Part shown: piece after piece, positions 50,496-62,029 of the stretch | How the letters are laid out: the number at the start of each line of letters is the position of its first letter | Numbering within the stretch: the stretch's first letter is position 1 | Source of the DNA: an uncultured Clostridia bacterium | Lineage (GTDB): Bacteria > Bacillota > Clostridia > TANB77 > CAG-508 | DNA length: 64,000 nt | Reading direction: 5' to 3' | Assembly: GCA_944389425.1 (NCBI GenBank) | Contig: CALXMH010000003.1 | Coordinates: 25,722 to 89,721 of the forward strand | Program-made: the position numbers and the translations under genes | Notes under the pieces: generated by a model | What the model saw: only the letters and a program-made list of their open reading frames with translations | The model's database searches: none | What the model was told of the DNA's origin: nothing

Positions 50496-51184
50496 TGCAA
50501 GTAATGGTAACAACTACTGAAATAAAAGAAGTATACAAAGAAATTCAAAAAAAACTATATTATATGATTCCAGAAAAATGGAGTAGAGTATATTTATATG
50601 CATCTATAACAGAAAAAGCATATGCAGTTCCAGTTGGAGAAATGTATTTTTACTATTTTCCAAAAGGAATATTAAAAAAGAATCCTGTAAATGTATATGA
50701 AATACCTGCTAAATTTAATATGGATGAAGAACAATATCTTAAATTAGTAAAAAATTTGTATTCATCAATAAAAAAACTAAGAGAAATTTACAAAAAAGAA
50801 AAGCAACCTTTGTGGACAAATGTAACCATATCAATAGTTAATTATAAATTTAATATAGAATATAATTATGCAAACTTAGATAATAAAGAACAATCAAATT
50901 ATGAAAGGCATATTATTTGGAGATATGAAAGACTTGGAATGGATATTAATTCATTTAGTAAAGAAGACAAAAAAATAATTGAAAAACATTTGGTAAATTC
51001 ATGTATAAATATAGAAAAAGTAGAAACATATTCAGAGCCGCTATATAAAAAACCATTGCAAAATTCATTTGAATATGAAAAACCAATATATGAAAAAATT
51101 CAAGATGAAAACAAGTTAATGAATGAATTAGAAGCAGAAGGACAAAATATTAGCAACCAAATACTCGCAAATTTTAAAAAATAA
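50495..51184 (+). CDS. YezG/DUF600-family immunity-protein-like gene inserted between gpmI and eno
   Basis: MIPEKWSRVYLYASI...VGEMYFYYFPKG...LREIYKKEKQPLWTNVTISI...IWRYERLG parallels the staphylococcal/Bacillus DUF600 pattern. The start overlaps the gpmI stop (gTGATG). Confidence 0.6.
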   Translation: MQVMVTTTEIKEVYKEIQKKLYYMIPEKWSRVYLYASITEKAYAVPVGEMYFYYFPKGILKKNPVNVYEIPAKFNMDEEQYLKLVKNLYSSIKKLREIYKKEKQPLWTNVTISIVNYKFNIEYNYANLDNKEQSNYERHIIWRYERLGMDINSFSKEDKKIIEKHLVNSCINIEKVETYSEPLYKKPLQNSFEYEKPIYEKIQDENKLMNELEAEGQNISNQILANFKK

Positions 51185-51188
51185 ATAA

Positions 51189-52514
<1,326 letters not shown>

Positions 52515-52519
52515 AAAAC

Positions 52520-52554
52520 TTGCGAAAAGCAAAACCTAATTTTGCTTTTCGCAA
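52520..52554 (+). terminator. 15-bp-stem hairpin after eno
   Basis: ttgcgaaaagcaaaa-N5-ttttgcttttcgcaa. No clear U-tract. Confidence 0.55.
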
Positions 52555-52569
52555 ACCTAAATTAAATAT

Positions 52570-52645
52570 TGGGGTATAGCCAAGCGGTAAGGCACCTGAC
52601 TCTGACTCAGGCATTTCCTAGGTTCGAATCCTAGTACCCCAGCCA
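52570..52645 (+). tRNA. tRNA-Gln (anticodon CUG), CCA encoded
   Basis: Hand-folded cloverleaf. Acceptor TGGGGTA/TACCCCA, G73, anticodon stem cctga/tcagg, loop cTCTGAc, T-arm ctagg-ttcgaat-cctag. Confidence 0.85.
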
Positions 52646-52748
52646 AAAGATAAATCGCTTTTTTATTGGCGATTATTTTTTTATAAAAAAATAAACTTTT
52701 TCAACTTTTAAGTAATCTAATAAGTGTATACAGAAAAGGAGAAAAATA

Positions 52749-53615
52749 ATGAGTTGTGCTTATAGGAGAAAAAGAAATTTAAAAAGGTTTATTTTTATTG
52801 TAGTATTAGTGATATTAATTTTAACATTAATGCTAATTAGTTTAACAAAGGCATTTAATTCAAATGAGCAATATGAAAATACATTATCATATTTAACTGG
52901 TAATTTATATAAAAGCTTTTTACATAAAAATAATAATGAAATAAGCAACAAAATAAACAAGCAAAAAAATGCAGCAATTAGTAAAGTAAAAACAAAACAA
53001 ATAATTGTAATACAAAAGCCTCAGGAACCTGCTAAAAGCAATAATTCAAAAAGAACATTTGGAAGTAATGTCGCATTTATTGGCGATTCTAGAACACAAG
53101 CATTTCTAATGTATGCAGGATTAAAAGAAGTAACAGATTATACAAACATAGGACTTATGGTAGATACTGCACAAACAAAGAAATTTATTACAAATGATAA
53201 AGGTGAAAAAATAACATTACTAGAAGATTTAAAAAATAGAAATATTGATACAATATATATCATGTTAGGAATAAATGAATTAGGTTGGGTATACAGTAGT
53301 ATATTTATTAATAAATATGAAGAATTGATAGATAGTATAAAAGAAATAAAACCAAACTGTGAAATTATAATACAATCTATTATTCCAGTTACAAAATCAA
53401 AATCAGATACTGATAGTGTATATAATAATACAAAAATCGCAGAGTATAATTCATTAATAAAACAAATGGCTAATAGAAAAAATATTAAATATATAGATTT
53501 AGTTCCAACATTAACAGACCAATATGGTTACTTACCGGAAAATGCAAGCACAGATGGAATACATTTAAACAAAAAATATTGTCTAAAATGGTTAGAATGT
53601 TTGCAAAATAATTAA
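52749..53615 (+). CDS. Membrane-anchored SGNH/GDSL-family hydrolase (DltD/OatA-C-like)
   Basis: N-terminal TM. FIGDSRT block I. DGIHLN block V. Confidence 0.7.
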   Translation: MSCAYRRKRNLKRFIFIVVLVILILTLMLISLTKAFNSNEQYENTLSYLTGNLYKSFLHKNNNEISNKINKQKNAAISKVKTKQIIVIQKPQEPAKSNNSKRTFGSNVAFIGDSRTQAFLMYAGLKEVTDYTNIGLMVDTAQTKKFITNDKGEKITLLEDLKNRNIDTIYIMLGINELGWVYSSIFINKYEELIDSIKEIKPNCEIIIQSIIPVTKSKSDTDSVYNNTKIAEYNSLIKQMANRKNIKYIDLVPTLTDQYGYLPENASTDGIHLNKKYCLKWLECLQNN

Positions 53616-53633
53616 AAATAGGAGAAAATAGAT

Positions 53634-54110
53634 ATGAAAAAAATATTATTAATAATTCCAATAATAATTATTCTTATTATATTATTAGAAATAATTAATT
53701 TAAATACAGATAAAGATATAAATATAGATATACAAAAACTAGGAGAAGAACTAGCAAATTCGCAAATTTTTGAAGATAGTTTAAGTATTATAGACAAAGA
53801 TATTGCTATAAAAAAATATTCATTAGATAATAAAAAAATAAATGACATGATTGCATATGAGGGAAGTGGAGCAACAGCAGAGGAAATTGTAATAATTAAA
53901 TTAAATAATAAAAACGATAAAACTGAAATAAAAGAAATAATTAAAACAAAAATACAAGAAAGAAAATCAGACTTTGAAAATTATTTACCAAAAGAAGTAT
54001 TTAAACTAGATAATTATATATTAGAGAGCAAGGGCAATTATATAATTTTATGTATTTCAAATGATTTCAATAGGGCCAAAGAAATAATAGCAAAATATAT
54101 TAATAGTTAA
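53634..54110 (+). CDS. DUF4358-like secreted/anchored protein
   Basis: N-terminal TM. The EEIVIIKLNNKNDKTEIKEIIKTKIQERK...YIILCIS pattern is recalled for DUF4358. Confidence 0.45.
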   Translation: MKKILLIIPIIIILIILLEIINLNTDKDINIDIQKLGEELANSQIFEDSLSIIDKDIAIKKYSLDNKKINDMIAYEGSGATAEEIVIIKLNNKNDKTEIKEIIKTKIQERKSDFENYLPKEVFKLDNYILESKGNYIILCISNDFNRAKEIIAKYINS

Positions 54111-54123
54111 AGGAGCTAAAAAA

Positions 54124-54603
54124 GTGCAAGAAGTACAAGAGATTTTAATAAATTATGTGAAAGACAACAAAGAAAAGCTTTACAGAGTAGCATTTAGTTA
54201 TTCAAAAAACGAAGAGGAAGCATTAGATATAGTACAAGAAGCAATAACAAAAGCATTAAAAAATATAAACAAACTAAAACAAACAGAATATGTAAAAACA
54301 TGGTTTTACAGAATTTTAATTAATGAGTGTTTACAATATATAAAAAGAAACAAAAGAATAATAACATGTGAACTTAGTGAAATTGAAAATCAAATAGAAT
54401 CTAAAAATATGTCACCAGATGAATTAGATGTTTATAATTATGTTCAAAATTTAAACGAAAAATTAAAAACTGTAATAATTTTGAGGTATTTTGAAGATAT
54501 GAAAATAAGTGAAATAGCAAAAATAACAAAAACAAATGAAAACACAGTAAAATCAAGATTATATAAAGCTCTTAAAATACTAAATACAAGTATGAGAGTT
54601 TAA
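54124..54603 (+). CDS. ECF-type RNA polymerase sigma factor (SigV-like)
   Basis: GTG start after aaggag. Region 2 (ALDIVQEAITKALKN...WFYRILINECL) and region 4 (ISEIAKITKTNENTVKSRLYKAL). Confidence 0.8.
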   Translation: MQEVQEILINYVKDNKEKLYRVAFSYSKNEEEALDIVQEAITKALKNINKLKQTEYVKTWFYRILINECLQYIKRNKRIITCELSEIENQIESKNMSPDELDVYNYVQNLNEKLKTVIILRYFEDMKISEIAKITKTNENTVKSRLYKALKILNTSMRV

Positions 54604-54623
54604 ATAAGAAAGGAGCTTAAAAA

Positions 54624-55487
54624 ATGAATAATATTAAAAAAGCTAAAAAAGTTTATAATACAATAGAAATTCCAGAAGAGCTTGAATATACAATAAATAA
54701 AGCGGTTTTGCATAGTAAAATAAAGAAAAACAATAAATTTAATAATATAAAATATGCAATAACAGTCATGGCTTGCACGTTTTTTGCATTTATATTTATA
54801 GTTAATGTAAATCCAAGCTTTGCATCAAGTATATCAGAAATACCAATTATAGGAGATATGGCGAAAATTTTTACAATAAAAGAAATTAAACAAGAAGATA
54901 AAGAAAAATTAATAAATGCAAAAATCCCTGCATTAGAAAATACGGGAAATACTGAATTAGAAAAACGAATTAATTATGAAATAATGTTAAAAATAAATGG
55001 TATATTAGAAGAAGTAAATCAAAGAGCAGCAGAATACAAAAAAGCAGTTATAGAAACAGGAGGAAAAGAAGAAGATTATATACCAATTAATATAATAATA
55101 GATTATAAAGTTGGATATATGTCAGATGAGATAGTATCATTTATGATATTAAAAACAGAAACATTAGCGAGTGCATATACAGAAATGTATTTTTATAATA
55201 TAGATATAGAAACAGGGAAGGAATTAAATTTAAGAGATGTATTTGGAAGTAATTACAAAGAAATAATTGACGAAGAAATTTATAAACAAATAGAAGAAAG
55301 AAGCAAAAACCCAGATAATATTTACTTTACAAAAGAAGAAGGAGGATTTGAGGGAATAGGAAATGAATATCAGAAATTTTATATTAATGAAAAAGGAAGA
55401 ATAGTTATAGTATTTGAAAAATACGAAATTGCACCAGGCTACATGGGAACACAAGAATTTGAAATAGATAAGCAAATTAAATTATAA
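54624..55487 (+). CDS. Anti-sigma factor, RsiV-like (DUF4163/DUF3298-type extracellular domain)
   Basis: Short cytoplasmic N-terminus, single TM and extracellular domain. Lies immediately downstream of the ECF sigma. Confidence 0.6.
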   Translation: MNNIKKAKKVYNTIEIPEELEYTINKAVLHSKIKKNNKFNNIKYAITVMACTFFAFIFIVNVNPSFASSISEIPIIGDMAKIFTIKEIKQEDKEKLINAKIPALENTGNTELEKRINYEIMLKINGILEEVNQRAAEYKKAVIETGGKEEDYIPINIIIDYKVGYMSDEIVSFMILKTETLASAYTEMYFYNIDIETGKELNLRDVFGSNYKEIIDEEIYKQIEERSKNPDNIYFTKEEGGFEGIGNEYQKFYINEKGRIVIVFEKYEIAPGYMGTQEFEIDKQIKL

Positions 55488-55514
55488 GAAAACCAGCTAA
55501 AAAGCTGGTTTTTT
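55488..55514. terminator. Bidirectional terminator
   Basis: aaaaccagc-N6-gctggtttttt. Confidence 0.7.
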
Positions 55515-55535
55515 AAGACTTAATTAAGTCTTACT

Positions 55536-55742
55536 TCAAAGGGTCATGTCCCCAGTGAAAAGTGCAAAGTGTTGCTGAAACTTAGGACAATTAGTTACCT
55601 TTTTTACAACACTTTGGTCGCGGTTTAAGGTAACACTAAGGCTAGTTTCAGAACTGGTCTTTGCAATATGACCAATTTTACATTGATCACAGTTGCCACA
55701 GATTCCTTTCATAGCGTGTAACAAATTTTTGCGTGGAATCAT
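55536..55742 (-). CDS. 68-aa cysteine-containing small protein (possibly DUF1540-like)
   Basis: Strong RBS aaggaggg. CGNCDQC motif. Visibly GC-richer than its surroundings. Confidence 0.4.
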   Translation of the reverse strand: MIPRKNLLHAMKGICGNCDQCKIGHIAKTSSETSLSVTLNRDQSVVKKVTNCPKFQQHFALFTGDMTL

Positions 55743-55911
55743 AATGAGACACCCTCCTTAAATAGTTAGTATAATATAATTATATCATATTAATTATAAT
55801 TATACAAATTTTACATAAAATAAATTAATAAAATAGGAAAGTTTTTAAGCAATAAGAATAGAATATAATAAACCTATTAAAAGTAAAAACAATTAAAGGA
55901 GATAATATATA

Positions 55912-57057
55912 ATGAATAAAATTAGATATTTTGACCATGCTGCTACAACTGCTGTTCATGAAGAGGTACTTAAAGAAATGCTACCTTATTTTAGTATAGA
56001 ATATGGTAATGCATCTTCAATGTATAGTATATCTAGAAGTGCTAAAAGAGCATTAGAACAAGCAAGAGGTAGAGTGGCAAAAGCAATTAATGCACAAAAC
56101 AATGAAATATTTTTTACAAGTGGTGGAAGTGAAAGCGACAATTTAGCAATAAAAGGCATTGCATATGCAAATAAAAATAAAGGAAATCATATTATTACTA
56201 CCAAAATAGAACATCATGCAGTACTAGAAACATGTGAAGTATTAGAAAAAGAAGGATTTGAAGTTACTTATTTAAATGTAGATGAAAATGGTTTTATAAA
56301 TTTAGAAGAACTTCAAAATGCAATTAAAGAAAATACAATTTTAATAAGTATAATGTTTGCTAACAACGAAATAGGCACAATAGAACCAATAAAAGAAATA
56401 GGAGAAATTACAAGAGCAAGAAACATAATTTTTCATACAGATTGTGTGCAAGCGATTGGAAATGTTTTAATAGATGTAAAAGACATGAAAATAGATGCAC
56501 TTTCTATGTCTGGACACAAATTATATGGACCAAAAGGAATAGGGGTTTTATATGTAAGGAATGGAATAGATTTTCAAAAGTTACAAAATGGAGGACATCA
56601 AGAAAAAAATAAAAGAGCCGGAACAGAAAATATTGCAGGAATTGTTGGAATGGGAAAAGCAATAGAACTAGCATATTCAAATTTTAATAAAAACACAAAA
56701 CACATGAAAGAGTTAAGTGACTATTTTTTAAAAGAATTAGAAAATAAAATACCAAATATAAAATTAAATGGAGATAAAACAAATAGATTGCCAGGAAATT
56801 GTAATATATCATTTGAAAATATAAATGGTGAAGAACTTTTATTTAAATTAGATGAAAAAGGAATTTGTGCATCAGCAGGTTCTGCATGTTCGACAGGAAC
56901 AAGTGAACCATCTCATGTATTAACTGCAATAGGACTTCCTTCCAAATTTTTAAATGGAACAATAAGATTTACATTTGGAATAGATAATACAAAAGATGAT
57001 ATAGATTATTTGGTAAATGAATTACAAAATATTGTAGCAAATTTAAGAAATAAATAG
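55912..57057 (+). CDS. nifS: Cysteine desulfurase (NifS/IscS class V aminotransferase)
   Basis: YFDHAATT, SMSGHKLYGPKGIGVLY (PLP Lys), SAGSACS (active Cys). Confidence 0.9.
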   Translation: MNKIRYFDHAATTAVHEEVLKEMLPYFSIEYGNASSMYSISRSAKRALEQARGRVAKAINAQNNEIFFTSGGSESDNLAIKGIAYANKNKGNHIITTKIEHHAVLETCEVLEKEGFEVTYLNVDENGFINLEELQNAIKENTILISIMFANNEIGTIEPIKEIGEITRARNIIFHTDCVQAIGNVLIDVKDMKIDALSMSGHKLYGPKGIGVLYVRNGIDFQKLQNGGHQEKNKRAGTENIAGIVGMGKAIELAYSNFNKNTKHMKELSDYFLKELENKIPNIKLNGDKTNRLPGNCNISFENINGEELLFKLDEKGICASAGSACSTGTSEPSHVLTAIGLPSKFLNGTIRFTFGIDNTKDDIDYLVNELQNIVANLRNK

Positions 57058-57104
57058 GTATTTTTTATAAAAATAGGCATATATATTTATAGAGGGGAGA
57101 TTAG

Positions 57105-58052
57105 ATGCCTATTTTTAATTTATTTAAATACTTTTCATACAATATTCAAGTTATATTGGACAAGTACTTTTCTGAGAATAATTCTAATCGATATTTAACA
57201 TTAGAAGAAATTAGACTAAGAACTGGAAGACCTATTATATTAAAACATGGTAATGAAGAAAAAATTTTAAATTATATTGTAACAATAGAAGATATAATAG
57301 ATACTTTAACAAATATTTGCGAAAATTCTATATATTCGTATCAAAATCAAATTTGTAATGGATTTATAACTATAAGAGGAGGGCATAGAGTACGGTATTA
57401 CAGGAAATGTTATAATAGAAAACAACAAAATAATAAATATAAACAATATATCGAGTTTAAATTTTAGAATTGCAAGACAAATAAAAGGATGTAGTAATAA
57501 AATACTAAAATATATGATAGATATAGAAAATAAAACAATATACAACACAATTATAGTATCACCTCCACGGAGCTCGGAAAAACTACTATTCTAAGAGATG
57601 CGGTAAGAAGAATAAGTAATGGAATAGAATCTTTGTTACTAAATGGTTTAAATATTGGACTTATAGATGAAAGAGGAGAACTAGCTGCTATGTACAAAGG
57701 AATTGCACAAAATGATGTTGGTATGAGGACAGATGTGCTTTCCAATGTACCAAAAGGGATTGGAATGAAAATGCTTATAAGATCTATGGCACCAAAAATT
57801 ATTGTAGCAGATGAAATTGGTTCATATGAAGATGTAGAAGCTATTAATCAAGCAGTTTGCTCAGGAATAAAAGGAATTTTTACAGCACATGGAGGTTCAA
57901 TGGAAGATTTAATGCTAAATCCAGCATTAAAAGAACTTTTAAAGACTCATATATTTGAAAGAATTATTTTTCTAAGCACTCAAAGAGAAAAAGGAGAAAT
58001 AGAAAAAGTTTATGCACTAGATAAAGCAAATCAAGAATATGTAACATATTAA
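57105..58052 (+). CDS. spoIIIAA: SpoIIIAA-like AAA ATPase; frame broken three times at CGG 57393, 57568 and 57575
   Basis: ...ITIRGGHRV|GITGNVIIENNKI...NTIIVSPP|GA|GKTTILRDAVRR...LIDERGELAAMYKGI.... ORFs 57105-57467 and 57633-58052 are in the same frame, consistent with three +1 events. Confidence 0.75.
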
Positions 58053-58087
58053 AAGATAGAGAAATAAAATAAATCTCTATCTTTTTT
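58052..58087. terminator. Bidirectional terminator
   Basis: aaagatagag-N13-ctctatctttttt. Confidence 0.75.
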
Positions 58088-58088
58088 C

Positions 58089-58757
58089 TTAAATTAATAT
58101 AGCTATTGCAAGAATTGCTAAATGCAAAGGATAAAATATGTATAATAAATATTTTGTTTTTAACCCTTGTTTGCCATTATATAATAATATTGGAATTATC
58201 GCTAAAAATGTAAAAATAGCTAAATATATATTAACATAATTAAAACTACTTTGTATTAATATAGGTAAATATTTAAGCATTACAATTGCAGCAAAACCTA
58301 TTACTAATAAAACTTTATTTGCTCTTAATATATAAAATGCAAAAACTAAAAGAACACCCCAATAACCATAATCCACATTAAGTAAATGACCTAAGTATAC
58401 ACAAATAGCAGACAATATTATTCCCATAAGCTTATTTGGAATTTTTTCAAAAGCACAAATTGCTAGCAATCCAAGTAGTAAAGTGAAGAATATATTTAAA
58501 GTTAAAGAAAAACCAAGTGCATATTGAAATAAATTAAATGGAATTTGAGATATTATTGCAAATAAAAATAATCTCCAAATATATTTTTTTAAATCATGTG
58601 TATGAGTATAGCCTTCTGAAATTTGGTAAGCAAATATTGGAAAAGCCAGCCTGCCTAAAAAATTGCACCAGCTAATGTGAGGTCCAAAAATAAAGTAACC
58701 AAAGTGGTCAAAACACATAGAAATTAGTGCTGTAATCTTTAAAACAAACGAAGACAT
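58089..58757 (-). CDS. TraX-family membrane protein
   Basis: MSSFVLKITALISMCFDHFGYF, multi-TM. RBS agaggtga before ATG 58757. Confidence 0.7.
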   Translation of the reverse strand: MSSFVLKITALISMCFDHFGYFIFGPHISWCNFLGRLAFPIFAYQISEGYTHTHDLKKYIWRLFLFAIISQIPFNLFQYALGFSLTLNIFFTLLLGLLAICAFEKIPNKLMGIILSAICVYLGHLLNVDYGYWGVLLVFAFYILRANKVLLVIGFAAIVMLKYLPILIQSSFNYVNIYLAIFTFLAIIPILLYNGKQGLKTKYLLYIFYPLHLAILAIAILI

Positions 58758-58926
58758 GTTCAAGTCACCTCTTTGATAAAATATAGCATAGATTTTAAAA
58801 ATATACAATATTTTAAGCATAACAAAAAACTAAAAACAAACATAATATTTTTAAAAAAAGTATCCAAAATTTAAATTTAATGATATAATTACTACTAATA
58901 CGGAAGATTTTGGAGGAATTTTTATT

Positions 58927-61077
58927 ATGGGAAAGATTGTTTTGTTAGATGAACTTACTATAAATCAAATTGCAGCAGGTGAGGTTATTGAAAGACCAGC
59001 ATCTGTTGTTAAGGAACTTGTAGAAAATTCTATAGATGCTGGTGCTACCAATATTTGTATTGACGTTAAAAACGGCGGAATTTCTAGCATTCGTATTACC
59101 GATAATGGAAAAGGTATTGAACCAGACGATATGGAAATAGCTTTTGAGAGACATGCTACTAGTAAAATTAGAACAGCAGATGATTTAACTACTGTTAAGT
59201 CTATGGGATTTAGAGGCGAGGCTTTGGCTAGTATTGCCGCTATTGCCAATGTTGAAATGATATCTAAAACAGCAGATAATGAGTATGGACATAAAATAGT
59301 TGTTGAAGCTGGAAATGTTATAGAAAAAGATATTGTAGGTGCAGGAGTAGGAACTACAATTACAGTTAAAAATTTGTTTTTTAACACACCTGTTAGATAC
59401 AAATTCTTAAAAAAAGACTATACAGAATCTGGATATATTGAGGATGCTGTTACAAGACTTGCTTTAATTAATCCCAATATTGCATTTAAACTTACTAATA
59501 ATGATAAAACTATAATACAAACAATTGGAGATGGAAATGTTAAAAATTGTGTATATGGTATTTTTGGTAAAGAAATTGCAAATGGAATTATAGATGTAAA
59601 TTACGAATATGAAAACATAAAAATTTCAGGAGTTGTTGGTAAAGCTGAAATTGCTAGAAACAATAGAACAAATCAAATGTTTTTTGTAAATAAGAGATAT
59701 GTTAAAGATAAAACCTTATCTGCATCAATTGAACAAGCTTATAAGGGAATGTTAACAATAGGAAAACATGCCTTTTGCATTATTAATATAGAAATTGACC
59801 CAAATGAAGTTGATGTTAATGTTCACCCGGCTAAGTTAGAAGTAAGATTTAAAGAAGAAAATAAAGTATTTAAAGCAATTTACCATGCAGTAAAAGAAGC
59901 TTTATTAAGTTCAGATTTAGTAGTCCATTCTGAAAAAACAGAAGATGTAAAAGAAGAACAAAAAATTAATGAACCTGTAATTCCACTTGAAAATAAACAA
60001 GAAAATAATAATAGAAATAGATTTTCAAGTTTATTTAAAAGAAAACCTCAAAACTTGAATTGGGAAAAAGAAGAGGTAAGCGAAAGAATTAATTTAGTAG
60101 AAGCTTTATACAATCAAAAAAAGGAAGCAGAAAAAGATAAAACCATTATTGAACCAGAAGCAAAACTTGAAGAAAAAATTGAAGAACCAGTAAAAGAACT
60201 AGAAACTAATATACAAGAAAAAACAGAAGAACAAGTAAAAGAAAAAGAACCAGAAAAAGTAGAAGAAAAGCTTCCAAGTATAGAAGAATTAAACCTTAAA
60301 TTTGAAGAAATGTATGAAAAAACATTTGGTAAAAAAATAAGAGATGTTAAAGAAGTAAAAGAAGAAGAAACAAATTATAATTTGGAGGAAAATTCAAAAC
60401 AACAAGCAGACGATGTTGCAGCAACTGTTGTAGAAGAAAATAAAAAAGAGGAAGAAGCTAATTTATCTATATTTGAAAATAAAGATACATATGTAGAACC
60501 TATAAAATATAAATTTATAGGAATTGCATTTTCTACATACATAATTTTAGAAATTGAAAATGAATTATATATATTAGACCAACATGCAGCACATGAAAGA
60601 ATTATGTACGAAAAAATAAAAAAGAATTTTTACAACAACGAGGCAAAAGATTCTCAACTAATGCTATTACCAGATATAATAACATTAACACATAAAGAAA
60701 TGGATATTGCTAAGGCAAATTACAAAATGTTTGAACAGGCTGGATTTACATTAGAAGAATTTGGAGATAATACAATTAAATTAACAGGTGTACCTAATAT
60801 TTGTATAGATTTAGATACAAAAGAATTATTCTTAAATATATTAGATGAAATAGATACAGTAGCAGTAACCGCAAGACAAGAAATAGAAGAAAAATTTATT
60901 GCAACAGTGGCTTGTAAAGCAGCAGTAAAAGCAAATATGGCGTTAAATTATCAAGAGGTAGAAGCATTAATGGATGATTTATTAAAACTTCCAAATCCAT
61001 TTACATGTCCACATGGAAGACCAACTGCTATAAGAATGAGCAAAATGGATATTGAGAAAAAATTTAGTAGGAGATAA
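58927..61077 (+). CDS. mutL: DNA mismatch repair protein MutL
   Basis: LTINQIAAGEVIERPASVVKELVENSIDAG, GFRGEALASI, C-terminal QHAAHERI. Confidence 0.93.
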   Translation: MGKIVLLDELTINQIAAGEVIERPASVVKELVENSIDAGATNICIDVKNGGISSIRITDNGKGIEPDDMEIAFERHATSKIRTADDLTTVKSMGFRGEALASIAAIANVEMISKTADNEYGHKIVVEAGNVIEKDIVGAGVGTTITVKNLFFNTPVRYKFLKKDYTESGYIEDAVTRLALINPNIAFKLTNNDKTIIQTIGDGNVKNCVYGIFGKEIANGIIDVNYEYENIKISGVVGKAEIARNNRTNQMFFVNKRYVKDKTLSASIEQAYKGMLTIGKHAFCIINIEIDPNEVDVNVHPAKLEVRFKEENKVFKAIYHAVKEALLSSDLVVHSEKTEDVKEEQKINEPVIPLENKQENNNRNRFSSLFKRKPQNLNWEKEEVSERINLVEALYNQKKEAEKDKTIIEPEAKLEEKIEEPVKELETNIQEKTEEQVKEKEPEKVEEKLPSIEELNLKFEEMYEKTFGKKIRDVKEVKEEETNYNLEENSKQQADDVAATVVEENKKEEEANLSIFENKDTYVEPIKYKFIGIAFSTYIILEIENELYILDQHAAHERIMYEKIKKNFYNNEAKDSQLMLLPDIITLTHKEMDIAKANYKMFEQAGFTLEEFGDNTIKLTGVPNICIDLDTKELFLNILDEIDTVAVTARQEIEEKFIATVACKAAVKANMALNYQEVEALMDDLLKLPNPFTCPHGRPTAIRMSKMDIEKKFSRR

Positions 61078-61078
61078 T

Positions 61079-62029
61079 ATGGAAAAACCAAAAGTTATTG
61101 TAATAGTTGGTCCTACTGCTTCTGGCAAAACTAGTTTAGCTATAAAACTTGCAAAAAAAATAAATGGAGAAATTGTCTCATGTGATTCTATGCAAATTTA
61201 CAAAGATATGAACATAGGAACTGCAAAACCAACAATAGAAGAACAAAATAAAATTAAACATTATTTAATAGATATAATTTCACCAGAAGAAAGATTTAGT
61301 GTGTCAGACTATCAAACACATGCATTAAAAGCAATAGAAGAAATATTAAAAAAAGGCAAAACTCCAATTGTTGTTGGTGGTACTGGACTATATGTAAATT
61401 CGCTAATATATGGAATAAAATTTTTAGAGATTAGCTTTGATGAAAAATATAGGCAAGAGCTAGAATACAAAGCTGAAAAAGAAGGTTTAGAATCTTTATA
61501 CAATGAAGCAAAAAAAATTGATCCAAAAGCAATGGAAACAATAAGTAAAAACGATAAAAAAAGAATTTTAAGAGTCCTTGAAATTTTTCATCAAACAGGA
61601 ATTACAAAATCTAAACAAGATGAATTATCTAGAAGCGGAGATGTAAAATACGATTTTAGAGTATTTGGGATAAATATAGAAAGAGAAATACTTTATAAAA
61701 GAATTAATGATAGAGTAGATAATATGATTCAAAATGGACTTGTTCAGGAAGTAGAAAACATTTATAATAAATTTAAAAAATTTCCTACATCAATGCAAGC
61801 AATAGGATATAAAGAAGTAGTAGAATATTTAAATAAAAATATCTCAAAAGAAGAAATGATTGAAAAAATAAAAATGGAAACACGCAGATATGCCAAAAGA
61901 CAGCTTACATGGTTTAGAAAAAACAAAGATATAATTTGGTTAGATGGATTAGAAAACGAGCAAAATAATATAAAAATTATTTTGGAGGAATATAGTGGAA
62001 AAGAAAAACAAGAAGATAACAAATATTGA
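61079..62029 (+). CDS. miaA: tRNA dimethylallyltransferase
   Basis: VIVGPTASGKTSLAI, DSMQIYKDMNIGTAKP. Confidence 0.92.
   Translation: MEKPKVIVIVGPTASGKTSLAIKLAKKINGEIVSCDSMQIYKDMNIGTAKPTIEEQNKIKHYLIDIISPEERFSVSDYQTHALKAIEEILKKGKTPIVVGGTGLYVNSLIYGIKFLEISFDEKYRQELEYKAEKEGLESLYNEAKKIDPKAMETISKNDKKRILRVLEIFHQTGITKSKQDELSRSGDVKYDFRVFGINIEREILYKRINDRVDNMIQNGLVQEVENIYNKFKKFPTSMQAIGYKEVVEYLNKNISKEEMIEKIKMETRRYAKRQLTWFRKNKDIIWLDGLENEQNNIKIILEEYSGKEKQEDNKY

Noticed and set aside
52570-52645. The tRNA-Gln appears to have a 6-nt variable region in my hand fold. I considered whether it could be an unusual tRNA relevant to recoding.
   Set aside because: The anticodon loop is a normal 7 nt (CUCUGAC) with anticodon CUG. 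The extra nucleotide is most likely an artefact of where I placed the stem boundaries.
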